A DNA stretch of 10,671 nt from the NCBI GenBank assembly GCA_937921735.1, contig CAKZTQ010000026.1, forward strand, positions 1 to 10,671, given 5' to 3'. Both the position numbers and the translations under genes were made by a program. Every line of letters starts with the position of its first letter. Position 1 is the stretch's first letter. Below are positions 6,930 to 10,671 of the stretch, in pieces. The notes under the pieces were generated by a model. That model saw only the letters and a program-made list of their open reading frames with translations. It searched no databases and was not told the origin of the DNA. Origin of the DNA: an uncultured archaeon. Its GTDB lineage: Archaea; Hadarchaeota; Hadarchaeia; Hadarchaeales; Hadarchaeaceae.

Positions 6930-7669
6930 CCGCGATTTCGATTAGCATGAAGGCTCGATGTCCGCCCGCGTTTGCAAAAATTAGGCCTCACGAGGGCATA
7001 GCTACGCGGGACGACTCGTCGATGGGGGGCAAGGCCTTGGGGGAGCCGACGCAGCAGCGGGGTGGGTCTCCTCTCGGCTGCCCTCCTTCGCCTGAGCCAG
7101 GAGCCCAGCAGGAAGGCGGCGAGGGCAGCGACCAACGCGAGGGCAGCGATGGTTGGAAAGGAGCTGCCCGTCGACACCTCGCCAGCGGTCTCCACCTTGG
7201 CCCTCGAGATGAGCTCGATCGCCCAGAGCTCCCCCGCCAGCGGCTGCCTGGTGACCGAGATCCAGGCCTCCCATCGCTGGTTGGTCAGGTTCTCCTGCGC
7301 GGGGATGTTGAGCGCCAGCTCCACCTCGGCATAGGAGTTCTCGCCCACCACGACGAGCGCGTTCTCCACGGTGGTCGAGCCATCCACGACGAAATAGAAC
7401 CAAGCGGTGTCGGGGATGGGGTGGTAGCCCTCCCTCACCTCGTTCTCTGGCGGCCTTTTGACGGAGATCGAGAAGGCTCGCTCGACGTTTTCGTGGTTTA
7501 TGATCACCAGCTTTCGCTCCAGCCGGCAGAACCTCCCCACGGGCACGTTTGGCGCGGTGAACTCCATCGGCGAGAGCTCAAAGGGCTCCTGCGCCAGCGC
7601 GGCCGAGGCGAGTGCCACGATCGCCAATGAAAGGACCGCGACGAGAGCACCCGGCTTCTCCCCGTTCAT
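6833..7669 (-). CDS. Membrane-anchored single beta-sandwich protein, paralog B (PapD/DUF916-like by pattern); C-terminal extension suspect
   Basis: The likely true start is ATG 7669, which overlaps the stop of paralog A as ATGA. Signal peptide MNGEKPGALVAVLSLAIVALASAALA-Q, a ~140-aa domain about half identical to paralog A, a TM helix (FPTIAALALVAALAAFLLGSWL) and RRRR. The first 84 aa of the 362-aa track ORF are an off-frame overlap with paralog A. Confidence 0.78.
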   Translation of the reverse strand: MNGEKPGALVAVLSLAIVALASAALAQEPFELSPMEFTAPNVPVGRFCRLERKLVIINHENVERAFSISVKRPPENEVREGYHPIPDTAWFYFVVDGSTTVENALVVVGENSYAEVELALNIPAQENLTNQRWEAWISVTRQPLAGELWAIELISRAKVETAGEVSTGSSFPTIAALALVAALAAFLLGSWLRRRRAAERRPTPLLRRLPQGLAPHRRVVPRSYALVRPNFCKRGRTSSLHANRNRGQNPFGASVSNFWTESTTWLASSKSSLATSAE

Positions 7670-8313
7670 CGATGGGAGAAAACCCGTCCTCCGACCCCCT
7701 TCTTGGCCTTCCTCCTCCTCGCCCAGATGCCCAGCGCCAAGATCGCCGCCGCCACCGCTATCGCCACGAACAATAGGAAGGGCCAAGACCGCCTCGAGAC
7801 TTCGCCGACCGTCTCCAACTTCATCCTCACCGTAGGCGCAGGGGCCACTACCTCGCCGGGTTCCGCCATCAGCTCTAGGGTTATCCAAGCCTCCCACCTC
7901 TGGTTGGTCAGGTTCTCCCAAGCCGGTAGGTCAAGCGCCACCCCGACCTCGCTCCAGTTCTCCCACTTCCCCTCCACCTCTCTGCCGACTATCAAGACCG
8001 CGTTCTCCACGCTCATGGAGCCGTCGTAGATGAAGTACACCCAAGTGGTGTCGGGGATGGGCGAGTAGCCAGGCCTCACTTGGTCACCGGGAGGTCTCAC
8101 CACGGAGATCGAAACGGCGCGAGGGATGTTGTCGTTGTGCGAGACGATCAGCTTTCGCTCCAGCTGGACGAACATGCCCACCGGCACGTCCCAAGCCACG
8201 AACTCAGCAGGGCTTGCGGCGACCCTTCGCTCCTGTGCTAGGGCAGGGGCGGCCAGGACGAGCGCTAGCGTCGCGGCTAGAAAGGAGGTCGCGAGGTACT
8301 TGGATCTCGACAT
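7666..8313 (-). CDS. Membrane-anchored single beta-sandwich protein, paralog A (PapD/DUF916-like by pattern), 215 aa
   Basis: ATG 8313 is preceded by AAGGAGATGGGG. Signal peptide MSRSKYLATSFLAATLALVLAAPALA-Q; C-terminal TM (WPFLLFVAIAVAAAILALGIWA) plus RRRKAKK. Shares VPVG, LERKL, PIPDT, VENA and ENLTNQRWEAWI with paralog B. Confidence 0.85.
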   Translation of the reverse strand: MSRSKYLATSFLAATLALVLAAPALAQERRVAASPAEFVAWDVPVGMFVQLERKLIVSHNDNIPRAVSISVVRPPGDQVRPGYSPIPDTTWVYFIYDGSMSVENAVLIVGREVEGKWENWSEVGVALDLPAWENLTNQRWEAWITLELMAEPGEVVAPAPTVRMKLETVGEVSRRSWPFLLFVAIAVAAAILALGIWARRRKAKKGVGGRVFSHR

Positions 8314-8338
8314 GGTTCCCCATCTCCTTTCAGAAGAT

Positions 8339-8379
8339 AAAAATAAAGGTTTTGAGGAGGCAGCTCGCGGCCCCTCCTC
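8339..8379 (-). terminator. Hairpin + T-rich tract after the large surface protein gene (terminator/attenuator or RNA-stabilising hairpin)
   Basis: The minus strand reads GAGGAGG-GGCCGCGAGCTG-CCTCCTC (7-bp perfect stem, 8379-8354), then AAAACCTTTATTTTT, starting 11 nt after the TAA stop. Confidence 0.55.
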
Positions 8380-8390
8380 CGAGCTCAAGC

Positions 8391-10671
8391 TTAAGCCCTT
8401 ACCGCCGTCAGCGTGACCACGGTCCACATCCTGCTGGGCACGGTTATCGAGCTCGGCGCCTGTATCTTGAGGTCGAAGCCGAATTCCTCTCCGGGCCTCA
8501 GCCCAGAGACTAGCGGGTTGTCGTTCTTGTTCAGCACGTTCCAAGCTGGAGCCGTGCCATACCACATCGCATACCTGTCGAGACCGATGTCCCCGTACTC
8601 GTCGAGCTCCCATCTCGCCACGGGCGCACCCGGCTCGCTCTTAGCATCGCTGCCCTTGATGGTGACGTTTACGTCCTTGTTGCCCACGTTCCTCACCGTG
8701 AAGTAGCTGCCGGTGGTCTCGGCGGTCTCGGTCTCGTCGAGGATGCCGAAGTGCCACGTGGTCGGCCATACCTCGATGGCTATGACCTCGACCTCGACGG
8801 TCAGCTTGATCCAGCCCTGCGGTACCCTCGGTCCGGGCACCAGCACGTGCGCGTCCACGCTAGCGTCGTCGCTGACTCCAGTACCCGTTGCGGTGACGGT
8901 TATCGTGTTCCACACGCTCGTCCTGAGGTCGCTGGGTATGGTGACCTCGAGGATCGCCTGGCCGAAGTTGCAGCCTGGCAGCGTCAAGCTGCTGGGTTCC
9001 AGCGTGTAGTTCCACGCCGGATAGCCTCGCTCGTTGTCCCTCACGTTTTGGCTCACGCTCAGGGAGTAGGTGTCCTGGACGTTGCCGAGGTTCTTCACCT
9101 TGACGATCCACCTGAGCTTGCTCCCCGGCGTGCCGGTCTGGACCTCCCATGGCAGGATGTCCACCCTCACGCCTCGAGCTTCGGCCACGTGGACCGTGCA
9201 GGTCTCGCTGATCACCGCGTTCTCGGTGTCGTCGCCCGTGCCGGTGGCCATCGTGCCCCTGGCCTCGACGGTTATGGTGTCGGTGGTGCAGCCGACCGCG
9301 TCCTTGGGCACGGTGACGCTGAGCACCGCGATGTCTTCCTTGCCGGGCTCGATGTAGAGCTCGATAGGCATGAGCTCCAGCATCCAGCCCTCGGTATCGC
9401 TGACGCTCAGGACGTACTTGTCTGCCAGCACGCCGGTGTTCTTAACTATCACCTTGAAGGTCAGCGGGTCGTAGCTCTTGTCGCCCCACTCTGGGTTGAT
9501 CACCAGCTTAGCCTCTTGGTGGCTGGGCTCGATCACCACCTCGACGCCCCTGAGCAGGAGCGCCCTGCCCATGCTGTGCGCTTTAGCGGTACCCTGACCC
9601 ACCGCTGGGGCCCAGAAGGACTCCCGGCCGGTGGCGGTGACCGTTAGGGTGTCGCGAGTGCAGTACACGTCGCTGCCTATGTTCTCCTCGACGACGAAGG
9701 AGAAGCTCTCGCCTGGGTTGAGGAACACCAGTGCCGGCACGCTGTACGTCAGCTGCCAGCCAAGCGCGCTCGTGACGCTGATGGCGTAGTTGTCCCAGGC
9801 GGTGCCCGTGTTGGTCACCGTCACCTCGAAGGTCACGATCTCCTCGAACCTGGCGCGGTTCTCGCTGGGCACGATCGACACCTCAACGCTCCAGCTTGGC
9901 CACTCGAGCAGCGAGGTCGGGGAGTAGACGCCCAGCTTGTCCGTGCCAACTAGCCCCATGTACGAGCTGCCTATTGCCGTCGTGGTGTCCACCGCGAGTA
10001 TCATATTGTAAGCAGCTCCGCCATAGTTGTCGACGGGATCGTAAACGCTATCGCTCTGGAAGCACCAGCCGAAGCCCAGGGCGCGCAGGATCTTGTTGTG
10101 CACTCGGTAGAAGTTGTAGCCAGCGAAGTCGGCGTTGTTGAAGATGAGCAGGACGCCCCCCGCGTTGACCCAGCTATTTATGTTGTCGACGTACTCGTCG
10201 GGCAACAATGTCGGGTCGCCGCCGGACCACCTAGCGCCAAGCTGGTAGCCGGCTACTATTAAGACATCGTTTTCTCCGATTATCCCAGTCCCCTTCAGCT
10301 GGGTGTTGTCCTCGGTTACGGTGTAGCCGAGGGCTGTGAGGGCAGCTCGAATCTGTGACACCCTGGCCCCTCTCTGGAATGTCCCATAGCCGGTATCCCA
10401 CAATATCTTAGTGGCGCCGGGCTTAGCCCATTGTATCGCGGCGTGCAGGAACTTGTCGAGGTAGGGGTACGGGTTTGCTGCAGCGTTCCACCTAAGGTTG
10501 TCGAGGGTGGATGTCAAACCCAACGCGACCACGGCGCCGCTGCCCACCTTTTGCGCCGCGACGATCGGCGGGCGATCGCCAGGCGCGTAGAGCCTGTAGG
10601 CAGGCGGCGTAGCGGGTTGACTATTGTCGAAGGCATTGGCCTGGCCCCTGGCTACGACGCCCTGCGTCCAC
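8391..10671 (-). CDS. Large cell-surface protein, 5'-truncated: class I GATase-like (DUF4350-like) domain, three Ig-like (NEW3/COG1470-like) repeats, C-terminal pilin/WxL-like domain
   Basis: The frame stays open past GTG 10547 to the window edge (WTQGVVARGQANAFDNSQPATPPAYRLYAPGDRPPIVAAQK-VGSG...), so the real start is outside the window. GATase-like motifs: KILWDTGYG, LGYTV, DVLIV, INSWVNAGGVLLI, NKILRALG, DSVYD. Three repeats V.V.I.P...F.V.V.N.G...D.Y.LSV. No C-terminal TM helix. Confidence 0.88.
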   Translation of the reverse strand, partial: WTQGVVARGQANAFDNSQPATPPAYRLYAPGDRPPIVAAQKVGSGAVVALGLTSTLDNLRWNAAANPYPYLDKFLHAAIQWAKPGATKILWDTGYGTFQRGARVSQIRAALTALGYTVTEDNTQLKGTGIIGENDVLIVAGYQLGARWSGGDPTLLPDEYVDNINSWVNAGGVLLIFNNADFAGYNFYRVHNKILRALGFGWCFQSDSVYDPVDNYGGAAYNMILAVDTTTAIGSSYMGLVGTDKLGVYSPTSLLEWPSWSVEVSIVPSENRARFEEIVTFEVTVTNTGTAWDNYAISVTSALGWQLTYSVPALVFLNPGESFSFVVEENIGSDVYCTRDTLTVTATGRESFWAPAVGQGTAKAHSMGRALLLRGVEVVIEPSHQEAKLVINPEWGDKSYDPLTFKVIVKNTGVLADKYVLSVSDTEGWMLELMPIELYIEPGKEDIAVLSVTVPKDAVGCTTDTITVEARGTMATGTGDDTENAVISETCTVHVAEARGVRVDILPWEVQTGTPGSKLRWIVKVKNLGNVQDTYSLSVSQNVRDNERGYPAWNYTLEPSSLTLPGCNFGQAILEVTIPSDLRTSVWNTITVTATGTGVSDDASVDAHVLVPGPRVPQGWIKLTVEVEVIAIEVWPTTWHFGILDETETAETTGSYFTVRNVGNKDVNVTIKGSDAKSEPGAPVARWELDEYGDIGLDRYAMWYGTAPAWNVLNKNDNPLVSGLRPGEEFGFDLKIQAPSSITVPSRMWTVVTLTAVRA
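8844..9890 (-). repeat. Three tandem ~105-125-aa Ig-like protein repeats
   Basis: Cores FEVTVTNTGTAWDNYAISV, FKVIVKNTGVLADKYVLSV and WIVKVKNLGNVQDTYSLSV, followed respectively by DTLTVTATG, DTITVEARG and NTITVTATG. Confidence 0.85.

Noticed and set aside
5780-7045. IS/transposon or integrative-element boundaries around the MNT-HEPN pair
   Set aside because: No transposase or integrase, and I found no terminal inverted repeats or target-site duplication. Short palindromes at 7010-7020 and 7030-7039 are expected by chance.
7670-7921. 84-aa N-terminal extension of the 362-aa track ORF
   Set aside because: It is an alternative frame of paralog A. Homology and the ATGA overlap place the start at 7669.
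8314-8613. 100-aa N-terminal extension of the 315-aa track ORF
   Set aside because: It overlaps the large gene and crosses the hairpin. The signal peptide and SD point to ATG 8313.
6926-10141. Plus-strand ORFs 6926..7630, 7458..7835, 8751..9647, 9896..10141 and similar
   Set aside because: Shadows of the minus-strand surface-protein genes; compositions are typical of antisense translation.
1-10671. tRNA, rRNA or CRISPR array
   Set aside because: The window is almost fully protein-coding, intergenic gaps are under about 160 nt, and no such structure was seen.

Overview
GC-rich, very probably archaeal DNA, judging by BRE/TATA-like promoters, GGAGG ribosome-binding sites and an MNT-HEPN pair; a Hadarchaeota-like origin is only my impression. 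The window is a cell-surface/secreted-protein locus on the minus strand. In transcription order it holds: a large 5'-truncated surface protein (GATase-like/DUF4350-like domain, three Ig-like repeats, C-terminal pilin/WxL-like domain); two translationally coupled paralogous membrane-anchored single-domain proteins; a 1307-aa subtilisin + Ig repeats + DNRLRE/CBM96-like + PHP metallophosphoesterase fusion; a secreted Zn-dependent phospholipase C/S1-P1 nuclease-family enzyme; and the start of another secreted protein at the left edge. A wHTH-MNT/HEPN toxin-antitoxin-like pair on the plus strand interrupts the cluster. The most striking feature is a ~129-aa C-terminal domain (about 50% identical by manual alignment) shared by the two otherwise unrelated hydrolases. 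It ends in a duplicated 22-residue 'K-x-x-W-P-Y' unit and is a candidate undescribed archaeal sorting/docking tag, next to a WxL/chaperone-pilin-like surface module. All family calls come from motifs read by eye; no searches were run.
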